Below, piece after piece: positions 50,635-60,316 of a DNA stretch of 64,000 nt (position 1 is its first letter; each line of letters begins with the position of its first letter). Made by a program: the position numbers and the translations under genes. The notes under the pieces are model-generated. The model saw nothing but the letters and a program-made list of their open reading frames with translations. It had not been told where the DNA came from and made no database searches. The DNA lies in the IMG/VR virus record IMGVR_UViG_3300017991_000048, positions 62,001 to 126,000 of that record. One strand, 5' to 3'.

Positions 50635-51507
50635 ATCCAGAAGCTTCTGTAACTGCTTTCGGTCTACAAGCAAGTCATCGGCCCAGTCTGCAACCGCGTC
50701 AAATGCATTTAGTACGCGGTCCCAGAGACGTTGCCAAAGACCTTTGATCTTGTCCCACAAATCGAATGCCTGCTTCTCTGAAGCCAGCCTTGGATTGGTC
50801 ATCTCATCCTCAAACTTTTCCAACGCTGCCTTGGCTTTGGCCAACACCTCCCGCTTGGACAGGTCGTTCGCAGCCTGATGTAGGAGCAACTGAAACTGCT
50901 TCTCGAAGTCAATAACCGGAGCTTCGACCTTCTCATGTTTGACGATAGTTTCCTGAATGTCTTTGCAAGCTTCCTGAGCTTTGTCCAGATCCTTACTGGC
51001 CTTCTCCAGATCCTTACGAGCCTGAGCGAGCCACTTTTCGCGTTGCTTGACCCTCGAACCTTCGGCCAAACCTTTTTCATGTTTGGCAATACGATCCTTG
51101 GCGTCGTCGATCATCCTCTGGAAATGCTGAATCTCAAACTCTCGTTCCGCCGCTGTCTTTCCGACATCGCTGATCAGACCACGACTTTGGAGGTATTCTT
51201 TAACCCATTCCTCGATCTCGTCACCATTCTTGACCTTGAAGGCACCGTACTGTGCTCTGACCTCTGGAGAGGCGGGTAAGTCGATCCCCATCTTGGCGCA
51301 TTTGTTCTGCCAATATTTAACAGCCCCTCCGTAGGAAAATTTCGGCCCCATCTTCTCGACCACATATTTCCATGCGAGCAAAACCTGCGGGTCCAACTCC
51401 CCTTCATCCACCATCTGAAGGATGTGCTTGTACTGGGCTGGAATCTGATAACGGGTATCTGACTGTAGATACCTGAGTGCGACTCGGTGAGTAAGATTGT
51501 GTTCCAT
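50623..51507 (-). CDS. Coiled-coil protein with N-terminal RVALRY motif
   Basis: MEHNLTHRVALRYLQS; RLASEKQA. Confidence 0.55.
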   Translation of the reverse strand: MEHNLTHRVALRYLQSDTRYQIPAQYKHILQMVDEGELDPQVLLAWKYVVEKMGPKFSYGGAVKYWQNKCAKMGIDLPASPEVRAQYGAFKVKNGDEIEEWVKEYLQSRGLISDVGKTAAEREFEIQHFQRMIDDAKDRIAKHEKGLAEGSRVKQREKWLAQARKDLEKASKDLDKAQEACKDIQETIVKHEKVEAPVIDFEKQFQLLLHQAANDLSKREVLAKAKAALEKFEDEMTNPRLASEKQAFDLWDKIKGLWQRLWDRVLNAFDAVADWADDLLVDRKQLQKLLDSVS

Positions 51508-51575
51508 ACTCTCGAATTCCAATGAAATGAAAACTGAAACCTAGAGCTTCACGATCCTCAAGTGTAATAATTAGC

Positions 51576-52055
51576 ATGACCCATAAATATGGAGACAATA
51601 TGAAGTTAAGCTATATCGGCAACCGAAAAGATGAAATATGCGAAATACTTGTAAAAGATAGAGATACCGGCCACTCTTGGCCTCTTCCCCCGCGTTTGGA
51701 TCTCTTCAATCACAGTCCGACCGGCTTCGAATGGAGCTATTCGGGTAGCGGACCGGCTCAAACGGCTCTGGCTATCCTGGTGTCACATCTTTTGATAAAG
51801 AGCAACTGGCCACCTGTAATGGCCGCGTTGGGGCTTCTCAAGCCGCCTGACGAGTGTCATGGGGTAGAGCCCCACGAGTATCTTGCGGTCTGCTACCACC
51901 AAGTATTTAAGGCCAGAGTTATCGCCAAGCTCCCCGAAGATAAGTGGGAACTGACGGAAGAGGAAATAAACAATACCATAACGAGAAACAAGCCACTGTC
52001 ATTTCTTTCGATATACGACTCTTTACATGACGATAATTCCTCAAAAAGTGGCTAG
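51576..52055 (+). CDS. DUF6166-like protein
   Basis: NHSPTGFEWSYSGSGPAQTALAIL. Confidence 0.7.
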   Translation: MTHKYGDNMKLSYIGNRKDEICEILVKDRDTGHSWPLPPRLDLFNHSPTGFEWSYSGSGPAQTALAILVSHLLIKSNWPPVMAALGLLKPPDECHGVEPHEYLAVCYHQVFKARVIAKLPEDKWELTEEEINNTITRNKPLSFLSIYDSLHDDNSSKSG

Positions 52056-53373
52056 TCGAGCCTCTTTGCAAAAGGCGAGGTTAAAAACCGCCGCTGATGA
52101 GGAAACCCCTGAGCCCAAAGCTCGCCTGGACGTCTGGAAAACCAAATTCCCGAAACTCTCAGACGACGCCAACAAGTTTGTAGAGAAAAGCTCCAAAGCC
52201 CTGAAGCATTTCTTGGGGAATGAGGAATTCCGAAAGCATACATTTAAGGAAGCCAAAAAAGCCCTATCCAGAAAGAATAAGAAGCTGACCAATAAGCTGA
52301 TTGGGATGGCTCAAGATGAGGCCGAGTTCAAGTTTGCAGCACATGGCGTGAAAAATGTTATGGCTGGCAAACGAATGACCAAAAAGCAAAAGAAGGCTTT
52401 CAATGAGATCATGGAACACATGACGCTTGAAGCCGGTGAGACAGCCCTTGCGGAAACAGGCCCACTGCGGAAATACGATCAGTTTACGAAACAGTTGGCA
52501 GCGGACCTATCTGTCAAGTCTATGGAACGGGTTTTGGATGATCTGAAAAAGGTAGAGGATGAACACATCCTGGCTGATGAAGCGATGGCTCGTGTGGCTG
52601 TAATGTCAACATCCAAAGAGATGGACAAGTTGATGGACAAGGATATAAAAAAGGCGCTGGAGAAAATGGAACCCGTTTCAAAAACCGCCAGTGTTGTTCA
52701 AAGGTATCTGTCTGCCTCAAGTGAGCTTGAGCAGGAAGCGCAAGACGCCCTGGATTACGCCATAACACAAGGCGCAAAAGATGTTGGCTTGTCGCTTCTT
52801 AACAGAATCAGCGTCGGCAAAGTCAGGCCCAAGTTTAAAAGCAAAGAGACTGAAGAGGATGTATACGAAGATGATGTAGACGGGGAGCTTCACTCAACAT
52901 CAACCGAACTAACATTTCCAAGTCAGTTATTATACCCATTCAAAAGACTTATAAGTTTTGCGGACCTGGAAATGTGGTTCAATCAGGAAGCGCCGGGTGA
53001 GCCTGAAGCACCTTCTTTGTATGACCTTCTTAAAGATCGTCGGACAGTAAGAGAGCTATTGGATCATGTCATTGACACGCTGACAGAAACGATACGTTTT
53101 TCACCCACTGCGGAAAAAGCTCAAAGCAAAGTGGAAGATGCCCTGGCTAAGGCCACTGAGCTTGACTATACGACTACGGCATATGGCGAAGAAGGGGAGC
53201 GTGAAGTCGAAGGGATTGTACCGAAAGCCGGTATCTACGTGACCGAACCTGAGGTTGATCTTAGAAAACCCGTGATGAAACCTAACGGCATTGAAGTGAC
53301 AGGCGTTATCACGTACATATCAATGAACAAAACTCTTTTCCCTTGGGACCGAGATTACGATAAGTTCTTTTAG
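52027..53373 (+). CDS. Two-module protein with KVASR and VVQRYLSAS motifs
   Basis: QKVASRAS..LKTAADE; SKTASVVQRYLSASS. Confidence 0.55.
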   Translation: MTIIPQKVASRASLQKARLKTAADEETPEPKARLDVWKTKFPKLSDDANKFVEKSSKALKHFLGNEEFRKHTFKEAKKALSRKNKKLTNKLIGMAQDEAEFKFAAHGVKNVMAGKRMTKKQKKAFNEIMEHMTLEAGETALAETGPLRKYDQFTKQLAADLSVKSMERVLDDLKKVEDEHILADEAMARVAVMSTSKEMDKLMDKDIKKALEKMEPVSKTASVVQRYLSASSELEQEAQDALDYAITQGAKDVGLSLLNRISVGKVRPKFKSKETEEDVYEDDVDGELHSTSTELTFPSQLLYPFKRLISFADLEMWFNQEAPGEPEAPSLYDLLKDRRTVRELLDHVIDTLTETIRFSPTAEKAQSKVEDALAKATELDYTTTAYGEEGEREVEGIVPKAGIYVTEPEVDLRKPVMKPNGIEVTGVITYISMNKTLFPWDRDYDKFF

Positions 53374-53385
53374 AAAGGCAGAGAA

Positions 53386-53841
53386 ATGGACTCTAAACGA
53401 GTTGCCGCTCGATTCCTAACCGCTTCCGATATCAAAATCATTGACGTGGATTTTGAAAGCGATCAAGAACCAAGGGATGATTACGATCCCGACTTTATTA
53501 CTCCCGTAGAGATCGTTGTTGACCTTTCTGGTATGGCTTTAACTCGACTATTTGGTAAGCAGCGAAGGGTTTTAGGGGCCTTCCTTACAAAACTAAGCGA
53601 GAAACAGGCGATCAGTTACTTCGCGCACGGCGGAAGGAAAGTTGCTCCGGTCTTGGAAGCAGCGAAACCGAAAATCAAAGACCTTATCACTTACTTCGCG
53701 ATGGATGAATTCGACAGAGGTGTGCGGAACCTCAAAATGGATTTCTCCGACAATGATCATTATTGGGAAGCCAAAATTGATCCCAGAAAGCAAATCATAC
53801 GATACCGGGTTGTGGTAGACGTGCTTGGGGAATGGGATTGA
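53386..53841 (+). CDS. Hypothetical protein with N-terminal RVAARF motif
   Basis: MDSKRVAARFLTASD. Confidence 0.55.
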   Translation: MDSKRVAARFLTASDIKIIDVDFESDQEPRDDYDPDFITPVEIVVDLSGMALTRLFGKQRRVLGAFLTKLSEKQAISYFAHGGRKVAPVLEAAKPKIKDLITYFAMDEFDRGVRNLKMDFSDNDHYWEAKIDPRKQIIRYRVVVDVLGEWD

Positions 53842-55127
53842 TGAGGACACGGATCGTACAGCGCTATCTGGAAGCATCGGACGATGTTATAACATTGGCT
53901 GTTGACTTTGATGGAGTTATAAACTCGTACAAGAGTGGTTGGACTGACGCGACATTGCCTGACCCTCCGGTTCCCGGCGCTATCGAGTGGCTGAGCGAGA
54001 TGACCGATCATTTTAAGATCATCATCCACTCGGCAAGGCTCAACGATCCAGAGCAAGAATCGTTAATTCAAAACTGGCTGCTACAGAACGGAATGAGCCC
54101 TGACATTATGGCTAGACTTGAGTTTATGGCAAAGCCTCAAGCACAGGTATACATCGATGACAGGGCTTGGGAGTTTTCGGGGCAAAACTTCCCTACAACC
54201 GAAGAGATTACCATGTTTACTCCCTGGTATGAGGAACTGAGTAAACTGGCCGCGATAAACATTCGACGCAAAAAGAAGCTACAGATATGGGATAGCCCAA
54301 CGAAGATCATTGAAACAAGAGATTGGAGATTCAATCGGCGCAATGTCAATCGGATCGCTTGGGAGTATGATGCCGAAGTCCAGGAGTACAGCGCTTCGGG
54401 CAGAGCGACGTTGAAGGATTCTAACGGACGGTTGTTGTGGGTTGACTATGGGAAGTCTTATACAGACCCGACTAAAACTGCTCTGAAAGAGGCGGCTGGA
54501 GCTAAGACTCTTTATCATATAGGGAATCGACCAGCCATGCCGAAACCTTACAAGAAGGACGATCCGGGTGGATGGGCGAGAAAATGGCTACCGGGGGGTA
54601 TGACGAACGAGCCTGTAGTTTTTATGTCAGACGATTGGAAAGAGATAGCTGCGTTTCATCATGTCAGAGGCAATGTTTACGCATACAAGATTCCTCAGGC
54701 TGCTATAAAAGAGTCCGGAGGGCTTCATAGGTATGACAAGGCGAAGGAAGTCTTAATCCCTCAATCCGTATGGGATAAGTATCAGCTTTCCAAAAGGCTT
54801 TTGGGTAAGGTTGCGGGGCCTAAAAAAGTAGAGAAATGGGTTGAAAGGACCGTACCTCGTACTATGAAGCGTATAGACCCATGGCGTTACAAGTATGGCC
54901 CAAAAGAGGTAGAAGATTTAGAGTTTCAGATTGAGTCATTGAAACCCGGCGAGCAAATTGATCTTCCGCCGAACGTGACAATCAGTGCGAGGGTGGCGGC
55001 TTATGACTTTCGGAAGATTACCTATTCTGTAGCCGCCAACGGCAGCGAGAAGGAATTTACAAATGCCAACGGAGCTATTAGATGGTGGCGTCAGTTGTTA
55101 GAGAGGGCTAAGCTTACTCAAAAGTAA
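53841..55127 (+). CDS. HAD-family phosphatase domain fused to a possible ADP-ribosyltransferase-like domain
   Basis: RIVQRYLEAS; VDFDGV, KP..YIDDR (HAD); later LYH..VFMS..EVLI. Confidence 0.6.
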   Translation: MRTRIVQRYLEASDDVITLAVDFDGVINSYKSGWTDATLPDPPVPGAIEWLSEMTDHFKIIIHSARLNDPEQESLIQNWLLQNGMSPDIMARLEFMAKPQAQVYIDDRAWEFSGQNFPTTEEITMFTPWYEELSKLAAINIRRKKKLQIWDSPTKIIETRDWRFNRRNVNRIAWEYDAEVQEYSASGRATLKDSNGRLLWVDYGKSYTDPTKTALKEAAGAKTLYHIGNRPAMPKPYKKDDPGGWARKWLPGGMTNEPVVFMSDDWKEIAAFHHVRGNVYAYKIPQAAIKESGGLHRYDKAKEVLIPQSVWDKYQLSKRLLGKVAGPKKVEKWVERTVPRTMKRIDPWRYKYGPKEVEDLEFQIESLKPGEQIDLPPNVTISARVAAYDFRKITYSVAANGSEKEFTNANGAIRWWRQLLERAKLTQK

Positions 55128-55938
55128 ATATGCCAGCGATATCAGGCGCACCGTAAACAGCTTTGCCTGTGATGACCGTCAGATTCTCAGTCGGCTGGTA
55201 GGTTCCATCGCTGTGCGTATGGCCGCACAACACCATGATTTGCTTGTCTGGGAACTTAGACGCCGCTTCTAACAGCATATCGCCCATGGCCTTGCAAGTG
55301 AACCAGGGAAGCCAATCTGAGTCTGAGATGGCACCCTCGTGCCAGCAAGCACCTTGAAACGGCGGTACGTGGGTGGCAAATACCACTGTTTCATAATGTT
55401 CGAGAGCACCAAAAACGCGGAACCCGGCGCTTTCCGCTGACTTTTGGCCCAGTTCTCTGAGCTTTTTGATCATCCCGGCTCGCCCACCTTTCTTCATCCA
55501 ATGCCAACGGTGGTAGAAAGGCTCTAAGTCCGCAATAAACTCAAAATCCGCCAACCCCACATTGGACTTTTCGGCATTTCCGTAGTGAGCGTCATACCAG
55601 CCCTGGTTTCCCGTTAAAACCGCCTCTTCGTTCAGGACAATAGGGTTGGACCTATCTAACCAGACAAGGTTGTCTTCAAGCCTCTTCATATCCTCATAGA
55701 CACTTTCAAGGCTTCCCCTATAGAAGTCATGGTTTCCGAGAGTAAAGTAAACAGGGCATTCGACCGCCTTGGCAAACTCATTCAGGGAACCTCGTACCCG
55801 GTCGGCTTCGGAAATATCACCCGTGATAACAATGGCATCGAAGTCTTGTTCCGCACGGATGTATTTTCCGAAGGCACCAATAGCGCCAGGTGGGTCCAGA
55901 AAATTAAAATGGGGGTCTGTCAGCCAGCAGAGCTTCAT
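55114..55938 (-). CDS. Calcineurin-like metallophosphoesterase (Icc/CpdA-like)
   Basis: TDPH, TGDI, GNHD, THVPP, GHTH. Confidence 0.88.
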   Translation of the reverse strand: MKLCWLTDPHFNFLDPPGAIGAFGKYIRAEQDFDAIVITGDISEADRVRGSLNEFAKAVECPVYFTLGNHDFYRGSLESVYEDMKRLEDNLVWLDRSNPIVLNEEAVLTGNQGWYDAHYGNAEKSNVGLADFEFIADLEPFYHRWHWMKKGGRAGMIKKLRELGQKSAESAGFRVFGALEHYETVVFATHVPPFQGACWHEGAISDSDWLPWFTCKAMGDMLLEAASKFPDKQIMVLCGHTHSDGTYQPTENLTVITGKAVYGAPDIAGIFTFE

Positions 55939-55976
55939 AGCCTACTCTTACACCGAAAAGGATTAAAGTCTAGTAT

Positions 55977-56351
55977 TTATCGTCGGGAACGATACTCCCG
56001 TACCGGCCCACGTCGTGTGCGGTTCCGGGGCCGTTCTTCCCTCCGAAGATCTTCCCCCTCAAGCTGAATGACCACCCTTCGGTGGTCCAGTCCCGCAGCC
56101 TTTTCAAACAGGTGCATTATGGCGTCAAGCGTTCTATGCTCCCGGCCAATAACTTGACCCCTGTCAGAAGGGTCTACTGTCACGGTTAGAACGGTAGTAC
56201 CCCGGCCTTTGGCGCTGTGGACAGACACTTTTTCGGGGCTGCGAACAATAGAGCGAACAAGTTCTAAAAGTAGTTCGGATTCTTCTAAAATGATTCCGTC
56301 AGAATCGGTATTTGGAGGTGTTTGTGAGTCTCTCATCGTCTGGATTGACAT
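55977..56351 (-). CDS. khpA: KhpA (UPF0109) KH-domain RNA-binding protein
   Basis: LVRSIVRSPEKVSV..VDPSDRGQVIGREHRTLDAI. Confidence 0.8.
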   Translation of the reverse strand: MSIQTMRDSQTPPNTDSDGIILEESELLLELVRSIVRSPEKVSVHSAKGRGTTVLTVTVDPSDRGQVIGREHRTLDAIMHLFEKAAGLDHRRVVIQLEGEDLRREERPRNRTRRGPVREYRSRR

Positions 56352-56736
56352 CTTCTGTTCCCTTGGAGTACCTCTTTCGGTAACTTGGGCGACGTGTTAT
56401 CGCCAACTGTTTACCAGCAGTAAGGTTAATAGGTTTGTGGGTTAAATGTTGGATACGCCTTTTTATACTTCGTATGTTATACCCGTGTGTAGTTAAGTAA
56501 TCATACCATTCATTGAGCGGTATATCTCTTTTGGCAGAGTTACAAGGTCTACAACAGGTAACTAGGTTTTCAGGGTAGTTGCCTTTTGTCGAATCGAGAT
56601 GGTCCAAAGTCAAACCGTAGCCCAATGGATCAATAGGAAACACCCCTCTGCACCACACACAATCGAATGAATCTCGGACATAAATTGCCAAGCGCTTGGG
56701 CAGCTTAATCCAATCCATACCTTTGTTATGTGGCAT
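56299..56736 (-). CDS. HNH endonuclease
   Basis: RDSFDCVWC..LTLDH..NLVTCCRPCNSAK. Confidence 0.85.
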   Translation of the reverse strand: MPHNKGMDWIKLPKRLAIYVRDSFDCVWCRGVFPIDPLGYGLTLDHLDSTKGNYPENLVTCCRPCNSAKRDIPLNEWYDYLTTHGYNIRSIKRRIQHLTHKPINLTAGKQLAITRRPSYRKRYSKGTEDVNPDDERLTNTSKYRF

Positions 56737-56760
56737 ATCAGTTAGGATTTTATAAGCTCT

Positions 56761-57069
56761 CTATTTCGACTTCTTCTTTTTCCGCCCCATTTGTGCGAGC
56801 CCCAAAAATATAGGCTCCGATTCTTCGGCTCTGGCTGCTCTTTCCAACTCGCGAACGTGGCTTCGGCAGTCTTCACAAAGAGTACTGGGTGTTCCATCTT
56901 TCTTTTTACGAGCCTTGTTGCCGCAACGGGAACACAGGCCCTTCTTCTTTCGTCCAGCCCGGTACTCAGCCATCTTTTTTCGTTGGTGTTCTAAATGATG
57001 TTTACAGAGACGTTTGCCTTTATGTACAACACGCCCACAACCAAAAGCACAAAGTTTCTTTTCTGTCAT
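56761..57069 (-). CDS. Basic zinc-finger protein
   Basis: CAFGC..CKHH; CSRC..CEDC. Confidence 0.55.
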   Translation of the reverse strand: MTEKKLCAFGCGRVVHKGKRLCKHHLEHQRKKMAEYRAGRKKKGLCSRCGNKARKKKDGTPSTLCEDCRSHVRELERAARAEESEPIFLGLAQMGRKKKKSK

Positions 57070-57497
57070 TGTAATATATCGTTGTCGTTAGTTAAATGCT
57101 CAAATATAGTTTTGATTTTCTCTGGACCCTCTTGCAATTCTTTATCCGAATAAAACGGCCCCTCGATCGATACATCAACGCCTGCCAACTCTTCATCGAT
57201 CATCTCTCGCGCTTCCTCGTAAGTTGCAATCTCTTTATAGTACAGAGTTCCCGATCGAGGGTACGAGATCTTCCAGTAAGCATTGGGCTCTGAAAGCAAC
57301 TCACATTCCTCGTATACAGCCAAGTTCTCTACATCTTCATGCACTATGAGATAGGTATCTCCCAAGTACTCCATGACCAGCCCCGGAGTGTCAGGGCGGC
57401 GAGCATCTTGATTGCCTTTAGGGGCGATGAAGGCATGGTTCTCCAGCAACGAGGATGTGGTTCTTACCGTGCTCTTCTTTGGAAAGCGCTTACGCAT
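57066..57497 (-). CDS. Hypothetical protein with IFEHL tail variant
   Basis: Ends KTIFEHLTNDNDILQ. Confidence 0.55.
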   Translation of the reverse strand: MRKRFPKKSTVRTTSSLLENHAFIAPKGNQDARRPDTPGLVMEYLGDTYLIVHEDVENLAVYEECELLSEPNAYWKISYPRSGTLYYKEIATYEEAREMIDEELAGVDVSIEGPFYSDKELQEGPEKIKTIFEHLTNDNDILQ

Positions 57498-57553
57498 GAG
57501 GGCCTATCTATATTCTACACCGAATTTATCGAAATGTGAAATTTCCTATAAGT

Positions 57554-58045
57554 TCAATCAGTTGGCAGTGAGGCTCGAACGAGTTGCAGCATCCGACCTA
57601 GTTTATTCAATCCTGTACCGTCCTCACCGATTCCCCAGTAGTAATCAGTGGGTGACTTTTCGACCAGAGGCTCATCTCCAGTGGAGCGTAAAGCTTCACG
57701 GAGATCCTTGCGTTGTGTAAACTTCGAAATCAAAGCAGAAAACATAAAATGGTCTTTGGCCAACTCTACGACCACGCCTTGTTCATCTCGAAACTTATCA
57801 TGTAAGTGTGAAGTTCCCACAGATGCTTCCCAGTCTGGCCAGCATTCGCATTTTCTTCCAAGCTTTTTGGCTAAACCAGGAGTAGCAGCGTCGGCAATCC
57901 GCTGGCGTTCCTCCGGGTGTACGGCTTTGGACGCTTGATAAAAATGTTCAACCGTAAGCCATGGCTGCCCCTCTAACTCAAAGACGGCCTCATAGAAGTT
58001 AGAAAGGAACCCATACTTGTCCTTGGGGCTATAGAATTCAATCAT
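57554..58045 (-). CDS. NADAR (YbiA-like) hydrolase
   Basis: FLSNFY, TVEHFYQASK, KFTQ..LRSTG..LVEKSPTDYYWG..NKLGRML. Confidence 0.92.
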   Translation of the reverse strand: MIEFYSPKDKYGFLSNFYEAVFELEGQPWLTVEHFYQASKAVHPEERQRIADAATPGLAKKLGRKCECWPDWEASVGTSHLHDKFRDEQGVVVELAKDHFMFSALISKFTQRKDLREALRSTGDEPLVEKSPTDYYWGIGEDGTGLNKLGRMLQLVRASLPTD

Positions 58046-59595
58046 CTTTCCAATCCGATTTGAAAGGTGCCGGGTTGTTTGTAAGCTCTCGTAACATATC
58101 AAGGTGCTTTGGCACAATATTGCCAAAGGGAGCCACCATATATGAATCCTTTTTCTTCTTCACGGGCATGTGGTAAACAGGAGTGCCTTCATCAGTTGAA
58201 GGGAAAGTCAGGGTAGCGCCAAGGTTAGCTTTTTTAAGAAGTGCCAGGAGTTGCTCTTCATTTGGAGTTCCTTCTGGCCAACCGTGATCTTTATAAGGCC
58301 AAACCCGACCATCCCATCCGAAGTCCTGAAGTAAAGAACAGACGTGGCGTTCAGTCATTGAGTTACAAGGAAGGCTCAATACCATACCACCGATGGAATT
58401 GTTCATGGTTTTGCTGAGAATTGCCAATCGAAGCGCAACAATCGGTCCAAGGTGATGAGGTTCCACCCATCCTAACAATACAAATGTAGGGTAAAGTCCC
58501 ACACGGATAGAACCTTCAGTAACACATGCAGTTGGCATGTTCTGAGAGCCCCAAACTTTCAAATATTCTTCTGTCCGCTTATCCTTCATCGGTGTAGTAT
58601 ATGGTATGCTAATTGATATCTCGCGCAAGCCCGTTCGAGTAATTTGGGAAGAATGCCCAACAGTAATCGTGATCCGAACCATGGCGATTCGGGGGAAAGT
58701 CAATGGTTTAATACACCGGGATATCGACCGCCGACATTCTCGGAAAGAAACCTCTAAGTTGCACCCAAAAGTGACGGCTCCCAATGGAGAGGTCGATCAC
58801 ATTGAAACGATTTTACCGGTGCCAGCGAAGGTAATGAAGGAGCCACAACACCTGGAAGATGAGGAAGAACTTTACGCAATCACGGGTTTTGTGGATCAAA
58901 TGACAAAGCTTTCAGGGATCTGGCGCATTGGGTTCATCTTTGATGCCACCGCCCAGAAAAAGGACTACCTACTCACTCTGTTCAACGAGACAGATTCCGT
59001 GATGCTGTTTACGGTACAGACATCCCCGACTCCTTTGGACAAGCGGCTTTTCGAGATAACAACTCCTTTGGGGCGATTCCTGAAGGGTTTGCGGAAAGGC
59101 GATCCCGGAGAAAAAGCAGGTTTATGGGCCGCGCTTACCGAAGATGACGTTGGTATCTTAGATTGATTCCAGCCACGCCTGGACCTTCTCTGTGGCTCTA
59201 AGCACGTCTTTTATGTCCACTGAAGCGTCGGCAATGAGCCGTTCATGCATGGCGGGTAGCATTTCGATAATCTTACGGAGCAGGTAAATATCCTCTGGAG
59301 TAAGCGCCAGAACGTCCACACAGTCAACTTCTTTGCCGTTGGACTTCAGGCGTTGGACTTGTAAGTGCTCGCCGCTGAACCCAAGACGTGCAACGGGCAT
59401 TTTGAGTAGTTTCGCCTTTGAGCCCGGTACAAATTGGAAGCGTTTGTAAGCTTGCCCTTTATCGTCTTTGTACTCGTAAATCTCTAGCCAAGCAGGGACA
59501 GCACAAACTTTGGCAAACTCATCTTCTACTTCCATAATCACATCTTGTAACTCGCGGAAAGCATCTTCGGGTGACTCTATTTTTATCATTTGCAA
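58038..59595. other. Three hypothetical genes (58038-58589 -, 58606-59166 +, 59158-59595 -)
   Basis: CGGTGTAGTAT at 58590 upstream of 58606. Confidence 0.5.
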
Positions 59596-59620
59596 ATTTT
59601 CCTAATACGAATCCCTTGGT

Positions 59621-60316
59621 ATGGCTACTGGAATAACTGTTGGAGGGGAAGTATACCCCATTTGTCACCCAATTACAGGGCATCCTATCCCAGTTTTTGG
59701 GCCTGAAGACCACGGCATCCGCTTTGAACCTGGAGACGGCTACAATAAAAAGCGGAAAAAGCCCATTGACCTTGGAGTTTTCCACTGGACCGGCTCTGAG
59801 AATGCCGTGGAAATTATGGTAAAGACGCTCCGGAAACGGAAGTTGGGAGTTGAGTTTGCCATTTCCCCCATGGGAAGCCTTTACCAATTCTGCGACCCTG
59901 TTGAGGTCGATACCGCTGACGCTGGCATAGCCAACTCCAGGAGTTGGGGCGTGGAGATCGTCAATGCTGGCATACGTCGCTGGAAAACCGCCTGGAGAGA
60001 GCCACGATATCGGAAAGTCAAAATGGGGCCGAGAGAAAAGTATGACACTCGACTACATGGCAGAAAACTCCGGTGTTGGGATTTTTATCCGGTCCAAACA
60101 GCAACAGCCTGTGCATTGAACAGAGTGTTGGCCTGTGTGATCGAAAGCTATCCGATTGACGTTTGCACGGAACCGGGAGTTGTGAGCTTGGATGAGGTCA
60201 AAGGGGCGATCGGGCACTACAACGTGACAAGGAAAAAGCTGGACCCTGGAACGAAATTGATGGAGACATTGGCAGAGTTCATGGCTTCGGGAAAGCTGTC
60301 CTTCGAGACAGATTAG
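59621..60316 (+). CDS. N-acetylmuramoyl-L-alanine amidase (Amidase_2)
   Basis: VFHWTG, NSRSWGVEIVN, IGHY..KLDPG. Confidence 0.72.
   Translation: MATGITVGGEVYPICHPITGHPIPVFGPEDHGIRFEPGDGYNKKRKKPIDLGVFHWTGSENAVEIMVKTLRKRKLGVEFAISPMGSLYQFCDPVEVDTADAGIANSRSWGVEIVNAGIRRWKTAWREPRYRKVKMGPREKYDTRLHGRKLRCWDFYPVQTATACALNRVLACVIESYPIDVCTEPGVVSLDEVKGAIGHYNVTRKKLDPGTKLMETLAEFMASGKLSFETD

Noticed and set aside
21540-51522. LWDHR (47213-48019), LWDKI (50623-51522) and LWEVI (21540-21776) as tag copies
   Set aside because: They break the [TND]-L-W-[DE]-H-[LVI] consensus or lie in a different context, so they could be chance matches and were not counted.
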